From an uncultured bacterium (lineage in GTDB: Bacteria > Muiribacteriota > Ozemobacteria > Ozemobacterales > Ozemobacteraceae): 44,678 nucleotides of DNA. The notes beneath the pieces were generated by a model. The model had not been told where the DNA came from. It was given only the letters and a program-made list of their open reading frames with translations, and ran no database searches. A program made the translations under genes and the position numbers. Positions 26,589 to 36,193 of the stretch are shown here, piece by piece (position 1 is the stretch's first letter; each line of letters begins with the position of its first letter). Where the stretch lies: NCBI GenBank assembly GCA_964474705.1, contig CAYYUI010000040.1, positions 1 through 44,678 of the forward strand, read 5' to 3'.

Positions 26589-27749
26589 TCAGGCTCCCAG
26601 GCCGTGCGCATATGAATACATCTGGTCGGCGTAGGCGTCGACACTTTTGCTGCCGGCCATTTTTTCTTTGACATAGGCGCGTTCGAGATCGGTAAGAGCA
26701 AGACCAAGACACATCTTGACCTTGAGACCGTAGCCGACGGCACCGGTTCTGGCCCTGACCATGTCTTCGAACGAACCGGCAAGTTTCTTTGAATATGGGC
26801 CCATGTTATAGGCACAGCCGGCCATGACGAGCTTATCGACTCCCGACTTCTGGCCGACGTAGCGGCTCGAAAAGACTTCCTTGAAAAACTTGGCACCACC
26901 GAGCAGATTTTGTGCCGGGTCAGTGGCATCGACTCCCAGGCCTTTGGCGGTAGCCGGCATCAGCTGCATGAAACCCATGGCGCCACAGTGGCTGGTGGTG
27001 AGTTTGCCGCTGGAATTGCGATGCACGCCACTGCTTTCGATGAAGATGATTGCTTTCATGAATTCTTCGACGCTGACTTTGCGGCCATATTTGTTGGTAA
27101 CATCAGGAAATGCCCATTTGGTGGCCCACTGCGACACAGCGCTGTTGAACCACTTTTTAAATTCAGATGATTTCGTGGTGATTGCCTGGCCGGTCGGAGC
27201 CCCGGGAACTTTCGGGGCCGGAGCGTTGCCGGCAGGTGCGGTTGAAGTCGTTGGGGTTGACGTAGACGACGTTGTTGGGGTGGTGGTCGAGGTAGCAGCG
27301 GTCGTTAAACCTGATTTTGAGGCGGTAATGCCGTCAGCAAGAGGCAGATAGCCTCCTTCGCGGGTGTCGCCGGGGTAATACGGCGCTGCAAAAGTGGCCG
27401 GCACATTCGGCAGATTGATATAATTGCGGTGCATGTAGCCTTTCTGGCCGTTGACTTCGACGTAATAGAATTCGCCTGATACGCCAAGCACATTGAGCGA
27501 AGTGCCACCCTGATATTTGGTCATGACCTTGCCCCAGGGCCACATTCGCATGCGCAGAGTACCGCAGCCGGCAATGGTTCCGGTAACCGGAAAACCATTT
27601 GTTTCTGGTTGGACAACCTTGTTGATCGCTTCCATTTCTGCGGAAGCAGTATCTTCGAGTCTGACTGCCTGCCCGGAAAAAGGCGTTTCAGCCCAGGACG
27701 GCATAACAAGAGATAAAATCATAAACAGCAAAAGGAAAAACTTATTCAC
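26589..27749 (-). CDS. secreted lytic transglycosylase with N-terminal SH3b domain and Thr/Ser/Pro-rich linker
   Basis: Signal peptide; SLT-domain motif ESSG..GAMGFMQLMP; GTG start preceded by AAGGAG. Confidence 0.8.
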   Translation of the reverse strand: MNKFFLLLFMILSLVMPSWAETPFSGQAVRLEDTASAEMEAINKVVQPETNGFPVTGTIAGCGTLRMRMWPWGKVMTKYQGGTSLNVLGVSGEFYYVEVNGQKGYMHRNYINLPNVPATFAAPYYPGDTREGGYLPLADGITASKSGLTTAATSTTTPTTSSTSTPTTSTAPAGNAPAPKVPGAPTGQAITTKSSEFKKWFNSAVSQWATKWAFPDVTNKYGRKVSVEEFMKAIIFIESSGVHRNSSGKLTTSHCGAMGFMQLMPATAKGLGVDATDPAQNLLGGAKFFKEVFSSRYVGQKSGVDKLVMAGCAYNMGPYSKKLAGSFEDMVRARTGAVGYGLKVKMCLGLALTDLERAYVKEKMAGSKSVDAYADQMYSYAHGLGA

Positions 27750-28028
27750 TGCCTGTCTCCTTTTAAGTTATTTCTGATTTTACCATGTACGGGCGGGAAA
27801 GTTTTCCGAATATTTTTTGCGACCCTGGATGCGGCCAACCAGGCAAAATGCACGATGTCAGCTATTTGAACCTGATCAGCATCAGAGCAGGAGCGATGGA
27901 TATGGCCTGCGCCACGGAGTTCGGGCACTTTCTGCCTCTATTCTGAGACCTTACGTCCGGCGGGCTGATTTTTTTGGCCCGGCCTGCTATAATTTAGCCA
28001 TCTGACAATTTTCGACAAGGAAGCAAAC

Positions 28029-29108
28029 ATGCGCATCAAGAACATCGCCTCTCTGTTACTGCTGCTCGGCCTAATGCTGCTGCCTCAGAACTGCCCTGCC
28101 TGGGAAGACTTCCCCCGCGATGACCAGAGAAATTACCTCGATTATTCCAGCAACGAAGAAAAGGAAGAAGATTATTATCCCGGTCTCACCGACGAAAACC
28201 CATACTACGATGACACAGCCACCAGTGAATATGATGGTGGCAGCGAGTTGCCATCGGATTCTGAAGAAGTCGAAGCGCCGCCGCCGGTGCCGGCCCGCCC
28301 GGCGCCATTGCCTCCCGGACCGCCGATCGATCTCAAGACCAAAAGCATCCGTTTTGGCCGTATTCCTTACCGCAGTCTCAAACAGCTGATGACGCAGGCG
28401 GTGCCGTTGCTGCGTTTTCTGCAGAAAGAAACGGGAACGAAGGAAGTTCGCTTTGTTTCTAACCGCACCGATTATGCGAGCGTTCTCGATTCGCTGGCCC
28501 GAGGCAATATAGATTTTGCCTGGGTCGGGCCGACCGCCTATCTTGCCCGGCGCGACAAAGACAAACTGATGCCGGTCGCCAAAGCTAAATTCGGTTCGCG
28601 AACCGAATACCGCGGTGTATTCATTGCCCCGGCCAACGGCCGGGTTCAGGGTCTCGAAGATCTCAAGGGCGCCACCATCGGTTTTGTCGATCGTGAGTCG
28701 GCAAGCGGTTACATTTACCCGCTGTATCTGCTGCTTCGCCTCAAAATCAACCCTTACAAAGATTCACGGGTTGCGTTTCTGCACAATCACGACAATGTCG
28801 TGCGTGCCATTCTTGCCGGAAAAATTGATGCCGGTGCCTGCCTTGAAGCAACTCTGACTTCGCTGCCTCCTGATGTTCAAAAAAAATTGATCGTGCTCGC
28901 CAAGACCAGTGATATTCCATCGGACGTCATCGTCTGCCGTCAGGATTGCCCTCTGAATCTGCGGGAAAGCTTTCTGCAGGCGCTGCTCAAGGTCGATGCC
29001 GGAACTATGCCGGCCGGGTCGCCAAGTTTTCTTGCCGCTTCCGATGAGGATTTTGTGTCGGTCGAAGGTCTGATGCAATACATCGATTCGCTGAAAACAA
29101 AAAAATGA
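28029..29108 (+). CDS. PhnD-like phosphonate/phosphite-type periplasmic substrate-binding protein with acidic Pro-rich N-terminal extension (orphan)
   Basis: Signal peptide; PhnD/SsuA fold motifs (FGRIPY, GYIYP); no adjacent ABC permease or ATPase genes. Confidence 0.7.
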   Translation: MRIKNIASLLLLLGLMLLPQNCPAWEDFPRDDQRNYLDYSSNEEKEEDYYPGLTDENPYYDDTATSEYDGGSELPSDSEEVEAPPPVPARPAPLPPGPPIDLKTKSIRFGRIPYRSLKQLMTQAVPLLRFLQKETGTKEVRFVSNRTDYASVLDSLARGNIDFAWVGPTAYLARRDKDKLMPVAKAKFGSRTEYRGVFIAPANGRVQGLEDLKGATIGFVDRESASGYIYPLYLLLRLKINPYKDSRVAFLHNHDNVVRAILAGKIDAGACLEATLTSLPPDVQKKLIVLAKTSDIPSDVIVCRQDCPLNLRESFLQALLKVDAGTMPAGSPSFLAASDEDFVSVEGLMQYIDSLKTKK

Positions 29109-29426
29109 CCTGAAAACAAACCTGAGCTGTCAGTTTGTCTTTTTCGGCTGCGGATTGCCCCGGATCAGCATCGATAGCCCGACTGCCGCTTTAAATTTAT
29201 ACAAAATGGTATTGAAAACTTCGCTTTAACCTGTCATTGGCCGGTTCGTTCGCACTCCGGCGACTCACCGGCACTTGGCCATCCTGGCCTGCGCGAGCCG
29301 TGACGAAGCAGGTTCTCTGAAAACTTGAAATTGCTCCCGTTTTGCTATGACTGTGAGTGGGGGCAGTCGGCGGTTTTTTTCTTTTTCGGGTATAATGAAG
29401 GTACGATATTAAAGCGGGGGTTGGCT

Positions 29427-30272
29427 ATGATAGACAAATTGCAGATGTTTCTGGCTTCTCTCAACGGAACTGATAAAACCGGCAAAAATTCTGCGGCAAA
29501 GAATGGCAAGGCTGACAACCCTATGATTGGCGGGCTGAATGCCGATCAGTTCGGGCTTTCTGAAGATGCCCGCAATAAAGTCATCTTGGCCAACTCTCAG
29601 TTTCAGGTCAACTACCAGGTTCTTAAATCGGTAAACTCAGCCAATGGTTATAGCACCACTGAGGAAAACTTTTCGCTGCACGCCAGTTACCGGTTTCTGC
29701 AAATGGCTTCCGGTGCCGATGACGTAGCCGCGAATGGCGCGGCACCTGTGTCTGAAGGTGCTGCCAGTGAAGAAACCGGTGAAGTCGCTCCCGATGAAGA
29801 AACCGCCGAAAACAATCTTCTTACGCGCCTTCAGGAATATTTCTCACCTGAAAATACCGCCAGGCGCATTCTCGATGTCGCTACCAGCTTCTTTTCACTG
29901 AGCGATGCCTTCAAAAATGGCGGCGATACTGAAACAGCCCGGCAGAGTTTCGCTGATTTCATCGGCGGCGCAATCGAGCAGGGCTTCAGTTCGGCCCGGG
30001 CAACACTCGGCGATCTTCCCGATACTGTCAGTGCCGGCATCGACAAAACACACTCGCTTGTGTTTTCGGGGCTTGAAGATTTCGTAAAAAATGGCATCGA
30101 CCCGCAAAAATCAATACCCGGCGGGGTTTTAGAGAAAATCGCCGCGTATCGTGAAGAAGGGCGAACCCGCCTGGGCGAAGTCTTCAAACTGACTTCAGGG
30201 GGTAGTTACAACTCCAGCGGCGAAATACAGAAAACTGCGCCAGATTCAGGCAAGATAGTGACGACCGGTTGA
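29427..30272 (+). CDS. hypothetical protein (281 aa)
   Basis: GGGGG RBS before the ATG at 29427; good coding appearance; no recognised motif. Confidence 0.55.
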   Translation: MIDKLQMFLASLNGTDKTGKNSAAKNGKADNPMIGGLNADQFGLSEDARNKVILANSQFQVNYQVLKSVNSANGYSTTEENFSLHASYRFLQMASGADDVAANGAAPVSEGAASEETGEVAPDEETAENNLLTRLQEYFSPENTARRILDVATSFFSLSDAFKNGGDTETARQSFADFIGGAIEQGFSSARATLGDLPDTVSAGIDKTHSLVFSGLEDFVKNGIDPQKSIPGGVLEKIAAYREEGRTRLGEVFKLTSGGSYNSSGEIQKTAPDSGKIVTTG

Positions 30273-30316
30273 GCCAGTTATTGACTCCTGTAAAAACAAA
30301 ATAGAGTATGTTCGAC

Positions 30317-30348
30317 GACCCGGCATATCAGCCGGGTTGCTTTTTTTT
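30317..30348 (+). terminator. intrinsic terminator
   Basis: Stem GACCCGGC/GCCGGGTT followed by a T8 run. Confidence 0.6.
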
Positions 30349-30457
30349 GCTGACAGGAGGTCGGCAATACTCGACTGAATCAGTAAAGGTGCTGTCGGGT
30401 GCTACAGAGATTTGCTCAGAGCTTGCCTTTGCCTTCAGCAAAACCTCGCTGCGTTCG

Positions 30458-32128
30458 TCACTCCTTGTCTGGCCCGGGTTCTGCAAGGGTGCGTGCCAGA
30501 TCGACGGCAACCTGTCGCTCGAGAAGAATGGTTCTGATCTGCGGGTTGCTGTTGCCGGTTTCGGTGGCTTCAAGAGAATTGGTCAGGAGAATTATTCTGA
30601 TCGCCGGGTTGAGCTTAAGGGCCTGCTCAACGACTGTTTCGGCCACAACCAGCTCTGATTCAGTGATGATAAGGGTTCTGGCCCGCTCGATTCTGGCGGT
30701 GCCCAGCATCGCTTCACGGTCAGGCTCGCCGAAAATCAGCTGAAAACCTTGGCCGGCGAGATTGCAGAAACTCTGATAATAGGGTTCGATGATTACGAAC
30801 GGCAGCTTTTCATTCTGGAACGCCTCGGCAAGGAAAACTGCAACATCGCTGCCGCCGGTAATGATATGGTGATCGCTCAACCCTGATTCGGGAATGTTGA
30901 TCGAATTCATTCCGGTATCATCTCTGAATTTTCGCACCAGTCCGTATGCCGGCCCCGAAAACCCTGCCAGCACCGGGCCGGCGATCATAGACAGGATCAC
31001 CACGTTAAGGATTACCAGATAATGTTGCTGGGTGATGGCGCCAAGATCGAGAGCAGAGCGAACCACGATGAAGGCGATTTCCGAAATCGGAATCATGCCA
31101 AAAAACATAGCCAGTGGCACGATGCGGCGATAGCCGAATCCCCGGCCGATCAAGGCCAAAATGATACCTTTGATGCCGGTTGTTGCGATAACCAGAACAA
31201 TTATCAGACTCAGATTGGCGAACACGAATCCCGGGTCAAACAGCATGCCGATCGAGGCAAAGAAAACGAGCCCGAAAAGGTCACGCAGGGGTGCAAGCCC
31301 GGAAAGAGCTTTGCTGCCATAATCCGATTCCTTGAGAACCAGCCCGGCGATAAACGCGCCGAATGCGAGAGACAGGCCGAACTGAAACGAGATGTATCCA
31401 ATTCCAAAGCCTGTTGACACAACTGACAGCATGAACAGTTCGTCAGAATTCAGGCGGGCAACATGATGCAAAGCCCACGGAATGATGCGGGTCGCGAAAA
31501 GAGCCATCAGTATGACGAAGATGACCGTGCTCAAAATTGGCTTGAGGACAGCCATCAGAGAAAAGCCTTCGGTGCTGAGGCTGCCGAGAAGAATCATCAG
31601 CGGGATGACCTGAATGTCCTGAACAATGGAAACACCCAGCATAACCTTGCCTGAAAGTGTCTGGCGCAGGCCTTTGTCGCTGAGAGTCTTGAGTATCAGC
31701 GCCGTGCTCGACGAGACTACCGCTGCGCCGAACCAGAATGACGGAATCAGGGGCCAGCCAAGCAGATATCCGATCATTGCTACCACAACAAAGGTGATGA
31801 TTACCTGTATGGTGCTGCCGATCAGAGTGATGCGCCAGATCGGTTTCAGATCGCGGGCCGAAAATTCAAGCCCAAGCGAGAACAGCAGCAGGGCTGCTCC
31901 TATGTCGGCAAGATCGGCGATGTGGTCGACACTGGTAACCGTGGCACCACCCGTGTATGGGCCGATGATTATGCCGGCAAGAATGTAGCCAAGCACCAGA
32001 GGTTGTTTGAGCAGTTTTGCGGTCAGGCCGCCGAACAGCCCGGCAAAGATCACGAGAAACAGATCAAAGGTGACGGTTGACAAGACTTTCTCCAGCAATT
32101 GTATGATGACCGGCCAAAAATAAGCCAT
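30458..32128 (-). CDS. CPA2-family cation:proton antiporter (Kef-type) with C-terminal RCK/TrkA-N domain
   Basis: Na+/H+ exchanger TM core (LGYILAGIIIGP) and C-terminal Rossmann-like RCK domain; ATG at about 32128 chosen over the upstream TTG. Confidence 0.85.
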   Translation of the reverse strand: MAYFWPVIIQLLEKVLSTVTFDLFLVIFAGLFGGLTAKLLKQPLVLGYILAGIIIGPYTGGATVTSVDHIADLADIGAALLLFSLGLEFSARDLKPIWRITLIGSTIQVIITFVVVAMIGYLLGWPLIPSFWFGAAVVSSSTALILKTLSDKGLRQTLSGKVMLGVSIVQDIQVIPLMILLGSLSTEGFSLMAVLKPILSTVIFVILMALFATRIIPWALHHVARLNSDELFMLSVVSTGFGIGYISFQFGLSLAFGAFIAGLVLKESDYGSKALSGLAPLRDLFGLVFFASIGMLFDPGFVFANLSLIIVLVIATTGIKGIILALIGRGFGYRRIVPLAMFFGMIPISEIAFIVVRSALDLGAITQQHYLVILNVVILSMIAGPVLAGFSGPAYGLVRKFRDDTGMNSINIPESGLSDHHIITGGSDVAVFLAEAFQNEKLPFVIIEPYYQSFCNLAGQGFQLIFGEPDREAMLGTARIERARTLIITESELVVAETVVEQALKLNPAIRIILLTNSLEATETGNSNPQIRTILLERQVAVDLARTLAEPGPDKE

Positions 32129-32370
32129 TTTATACGTAGCTGTGATGATTCTAGACTGCCCCGGCCCGAATTGCAACCAGACATGATCAACACAGTGATT
32201 TGCGCCATAATCTTCCCAATTGAGCTGCTGAGGTCGCGAAAAAGAACCTGACCGGTACCTCGTCTGCATCTTTGGCAAATTTTGCAGATAGCTTGCCTGT
32301 AAAAAGGGGTTAGCGTATTATGCTGTGACAGCAATACAAAATTTTACGATTTTCTGACGAGGTGTTGGCT

Positions 32371-33018
32371 ATGACAATGATGCAGAACCTGCGTGACAAC
32401 CCTTTCTTTAACGATTTCACCGATGACGAACTGCATGTTCTTTCTAACTTTACCGAAGAACAGAACTTTCATGAGGGTGAGACGATCCTGACCGAACAGT
32501 CTCCGACCACAGCGGTATATTTCATTCTGCATGGGCGGGTAACAATTTTCCGATCGTTGATGGGTTGCTCGAATTTTCTGACCATCCTTGAAAAGAACGA
32601 CATTTTCGGGGAAGTTGCCTTCGCTGATCAGCAGGCAAGATCTGCCGCCGCCAATGCTCTCGACGATACCGCAGTAGCCAGATTCAATTACGACCATTTC
32701 GATGTGATACAGAAGCAGAATCCGGTGATCGGTATGAAGCTTCTGCGCTCACTGATGCGTGAACTTACCCAGAAATTTCGCGCCGTAAATTCCGGTATCG
32801 ATCTGAAATCTTCTGAACAGACAATCAGTGAGCTGATTTCCACCAAGCAGAAGGTAAAAATAACCACCGAGAATGCTGAATACATATGCGCCATCATGTA
32901 TGCCGACAAATCGGGTGTCAATCCATTCGTAAAAATAGATCTGACCGGTCAGACGATTCTGATTCCGTTCTCGCAGATCAGGTCGATTGCGCTGCCCAAT
33001 AAATACGGAAAATTCTGA
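32371..33018 (+). CDS. cyclic-nucleotide-binding (cNMP/CAP-like) domain protein
   Basis: N-terminal cNMP-binding beta-barrel motifs (FGEVA, RSAAANA); C-terminal region without a clear HTH. Confidence 0.65.
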   Translation: MTMMQNLRDNPFFNDFTDDELHVLSNFTEEQNFHEGETILTEQSPTTAVYFILHGRVTIFRSLMGCSNFLTILEKNDIFGEVAFADQQARSAAANALDDTAVARFNYDHFDVIQKQNPVIGMKLLRSLMRELTQKFRAVNSGIDLKSSEQTISELISTKQKVKITTENAEYICAIMYADKSGVNPFVKIDLTGQTILIPFSQIRSIALPNKYGKF

Positions 33019-33067
33019 TTCTGCTGATCCGGTTTTGCCGGCTCTGGTGGGCCGCCCGGTTATGTTA

Positions 33068-33766
33068 TCAGTCTTCGCTGGTGTCTTCTTCGCTGTCGTC
33101 GCCTTCGCCGATTTCGTCGTTGCCGGCGTCAGCTGTGAAGTTCATATAGGTCGAAACGATCGAAGTACGGGGTGTATATTTTTTGTTTTCGTAATCAAAC
33201 CCGGCATCGTCGATGGTCAGATCTATTTCCGATCTGCTGCCGTCGCTGTTCACCATTTCCCAGATGAAGCGGGCATATCTGAGGACTTTGCCGCTGGTCG
33301 ATCTGGCGCGGGATGAAATGGTCGTCTGAACCCACTGCCCATCGTAGATGACCTTATCATGGTCATACTGGTTTTCAAAATCTTCTGGTTCGTAATAGGC
33401 AAGGCTATACTGAACCGGTGACGAAGTGCCCGGCTTTATCAGACCGGGGTCATAACCATTGCCGGTTTCAGCAACCGCCTTGAGCCTGGTTACATACCAG
33501 TTGAAAACCTCGTCAGGAGTGGCGGTCGTTGAAAGAGCATTCAGTCCTTTGGCAAGCAGGCCCTTCATACCGGTCGTCGAGTCGTCGAAATTGTTCTGTT
33601 CCTGTTCGAGAAGCTGGTAGTCGATTTTGCTGCCAGGATAGACGGGAACTTCGTTGAGGTTGCGCGGGGCCTGGGCATATGATGGAGATGCGGCCAGAAT
33701 GACGATTGAGACTAGAACGGTCAGGGCTGATCTGAACACTTGTAAGGTTCCTCGGTTTTTTGTCAA
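33068..33766 (-). CDS. secreted hypothetical protein with acidic C-terminal tail
   Basis: Signal peptide (ALTVLVSIVILAASPSYAQA); Asp/Glu-rich C-terminus. Confidence 0.55.
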   Translation of the reverse strand: MTKNRGTLQVFRSALTVLVSIVILAASPSYAQAPRNLNEVPVYPGSKIDYQLLEQEQNNFDDSTTGMKGLLAKGLNALSTTATPDEVFNWYVTRLKAVAETGNGYDPGLIKPGTSSPVQYSLAYYEPEDFENQYDHDKVIYDGQWVQTTISSRARSTSGKVLRYARFIWEMVNSDGSRSEIDLTIDDAGFDYENKKYTPRTSIVSTYMNFTADAGNDEIGEGDDSEEDTSED

Positions 33767-33849
33767 GTTACGCCAGCGGCGGTATTATAACACACCCGCA
33801 ACCTGATTTGTTGCGACTTGTGATTTGTGGCGGTGAAAGAATTTTGACA

Positions 33850-33879
33850 ATAAAAAATTCCGGCCGTTATCGGCCGGAA
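33850..33879 (-). terminator. intrinsic terminator for the 33921-34481 gene
   Basis: Stem TTCCGGCCG/CGGCCGGAA with a U-run on the minus strand. Confidence 0.5.
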
Positions 33880-33920
33880 TTTGCAGGGTTCTCAGGCCAG
33901 GCGTTGCCTGGTGAAGAATA

Positions 33921-34481
33921 TTATTGGACGGTAATTATCGAGCCGGGCAGATTCGGACGGTTGATACGGGTCGGAGTGCCGCCGCTGACCATGCCCCAGT
34001 TGAAACCGCGGAAAATTCGGGCGATGACGGCGCCAAGGCTGATAGCGACCGGAGCAGCAATCAGGGCACCGGCTGCGGTGCGGCCGAACGAACCATTGTG
34101 ATTCTGATGTCCGGCATTACCGGTATTGACGTTTTCAACCATTCTGATTGCGGTGTGGATGCGATCCTGAGCGTCCTGGCGGTTGTTCCAGAGAATTTCC
34201 ATTTTAGCCTTGTCGATCACCCGGTTAAGACGATGATCGAAGCAGTTGGAAACGCCGTTCTTGCTGAGCAGACGCTGGGCGTGGCTGAGATAGGCACGGG
34301 CGTTCTGGAGTTCAGTATAGGCGTAGCCATTACAGACGATATTGGAGGCTGAATTGAGATCTGAATAAATGGCGTTGATCAGATTGTTGTGACAATAACC
34401 GGCTTCGGCGGCTGGAAAAAAAGAAAAAATGAAAGAAGAGATCAGCATCAGACAAATAACCTTCGAAAAATTGCGTTTCAT
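33921..34481 (-). CDS. hypothetical secreted protein with Cys pairs and a hydrophobic C-terminal segment
   Basis: Signal peptide MKRNFSKVICLMLISSFIFSFFPAAEA; start given to within about 3 nt. Confidence 0.5.
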   Translation of the reverse strand: MKRNFSKVICLMLISSFIFSFFPAAEAGYCHNNLINAIYSDLNSASNIVCNGYAYTELQNARAYLSHAQRLLSKNGVSNCFDHRLNRVIDKAKMEILWNNRQDAQDRIHTAIRMVENVNTGNAGHQNHNGSFGRTAAGALIAAPVAISLGAVIARIFRGFNWGMVSGGTPTRINRPNLPGSIITVQ

Positions 34482-34759
34482 GAACTTCACCTCATATTTG
34501 ATTACATCAGGCGTCATATTTGTGGCCGGACTGCCAGGACGGCTTTTTGCGTGTTTACAAGGAAACACGTGAACCGGGTATAGCAAATTGCGTGCCATGT
34601 TATTTGATGGAACCAGGTTTGCTGTGAAACTGCTTTCTAAATAAGTTTTTGAGGGTGTGAAACCGGTCAGAAATTCGAAGCAGCAAAAATGAAAGTCAGA
34701 AAGTCGGCAGTTAACTGAAAGAAATCTGACAGGTTTCGACTCCCTGCTGTTGTCGATTG

Positions 34760-34850
34760 GCAGTTTCTATGCAGATTCCCACAGTGATCGAGGTGACGAT
34801 TACGACAATGACAACGATTACGACAAAGATAACGATTATGGTTGATATTC
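34760..34850. repeat. short imperfect tandem repeat (GACGATTACGACAA-like units)
   Basis: gacgattacgacaatgacaacgattacgacaaagataacgattatgg; overlaps a potential 53-codon Thr/Ile-rich uORF. Confidence 0.4.
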
Positions 34851-35017
34851 ACAAATTCCATGATTCAAGGATGTATCTGATCTGCGACTTGTGTTTGTGC
34901 CGGTCGCCAGGAGCAAATCTGAATCAATAGACAACCCGATTTCGTGGTATATTTGCGCGGCGGAAGATACTTACCTGTAATTGGTTTTACATGACACTTA
35001 GTATGGGGGAACTGCAG

Positions 35018-36193
35018 ATGGTCGGAAAAAAAATAGCGCTATTGCTGCTGCTGGTTCTGCCGGCAATTTTGCTTGTCAATCACGTTTCTGGCAACCATGA
35101 AGTGTCAGAGCTTGTGATGTCGGGTAACTTCGAAATTGACGAAGTACTTCTGTCTTTCAGGATTCCCGGCCAATTACTGGAAAGAACTGTCGCCGAAGGC
35201 GAGAGTGTCGCTTCAGGCGCGCTGATTGCAAAACTCGATCCGGCCGAGCATTTGATAGCGGTTCAGAGAGCTTCGGCAACCTACGAAGCTGATCTTGCAG
35301 CTCTGCGGGAGCTCGAAAACGGTCCCCGGCCTGAAGAGATCGAGCAGGCGCGGGCGCAGCTTCAGGTGGCTCAGGCGATGCAGGATCAGCTTGAAGCCGG
35401 TTCGCGGCCCCAGGAAAAGAAATCGGCACAGGCACTTCTTCACCAGGCAGAAGCCCAGGTCGAAAAAAATCGGGCCGCTCTCGATGAAGCGACAAAAGAT
35501 GCACGTCGGGTCACAAAGCTCTTTGCAGAAAATGCGGTAAGTGAAAAGGATTATCTGGCTGCCAGAACGCGAGAAGAGGCTGCTAAAGCCATTTATAATG
35601 AAGCGAAGGCCAAGGTGGAAGCCGCAAGGCAGAGTTTGAGCATTGCCGATGAAGGGCCCCGCCGCGAAGAAATTGCCAGGGCGCGTGCGGCCGTGCGCGC
35701 TGCCCAGGCTGCCCTCGACCTGCTGTTGGCCGGCACCCGCCGCGAGAGAATTGAACGGGAACAGGCCAGGGTGGCAGCTTCCCTGGCTGCTCTTCAACAG
35801 GCCTGTCTGCAGCTCGAATATACCAGACTCTTTTCACCGCTGGCCGGAGTAGTTCTGACCAAGGCGGCCGAGGCCGGCGAATTCGTGAGACAGGGGCAGG
35901 GAATCGTTACGGTCGGTAATCTCGATCACATTTTTCTGCGGGTATATGTAAGTGAAACGAGTTTCGGCAGAGTGAAGCACGGCCAGACGGTTGCCGTAAA
36001 CGTCGATGGCTTTCCGAAAGAGACTTTTACCGGCCGGGTTGTTTTCATCAGTCAGGAAGCGGAATTTACTCCCAAGAGCGTTCAGACGCATGAAGAACGC
36101 GTAAAGCTCGTTTACCGCATCAAGATAGCGGTTGACAACCCGGATCACAAATTCAAGCCCGGTATGCCCGCCGATGCAATCCTCAAACTGTAA
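35018..36193 (+). CDS. HlyD-family membrane-fusion (periplasmic adaptor) protein
   Basis: N-terminal TM anchor, long coiled-coil segments, C-terminal beta-barrel motifs; GGGGGA RBS. Confidence 0.8.
   Translation: MVGKKIALLLLLVLPAILLVNHVSGNHEVSELVMSGNFEIDEVLLSFRIPGQLLERTVAEGESVASGALIAKLDPAEHLIAVQRASATYEADLAALRELENGPRPEEIEQARAQLQVAQAMQDQLEAGSRPQEKKSAQALLHQAEAQVEKNRAALDEATKDARRVTKLFAENAVSEKDYLAARTREEAAKAIYNEAKAKVEAARQSLSIADEGPRREEIARARAAVRAAQAALDLLLAGTRRERIEREQARVAASLAALQQACLQLEYTRLFSPLAGVVLTKAAEAGEFVRQGQGIVTVGNLDHIFLRVYVSETSFGRVKHGQTVAVNVDGFPKETFTGRVVFISQEAEFTPKSVQTHEERVKLVYRIKIAVDNPDHKFKPGMPADAILKL

Noticed and set aside
34667-34861. 64-aa Cys/Arg/Asn-rich minus-strand ORF
   Set aside because: Produced by the tandem repeat read in reverse (RNRCHCRNRHLDHC); no RBS and no homology. 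Treated as a repeat artefact.
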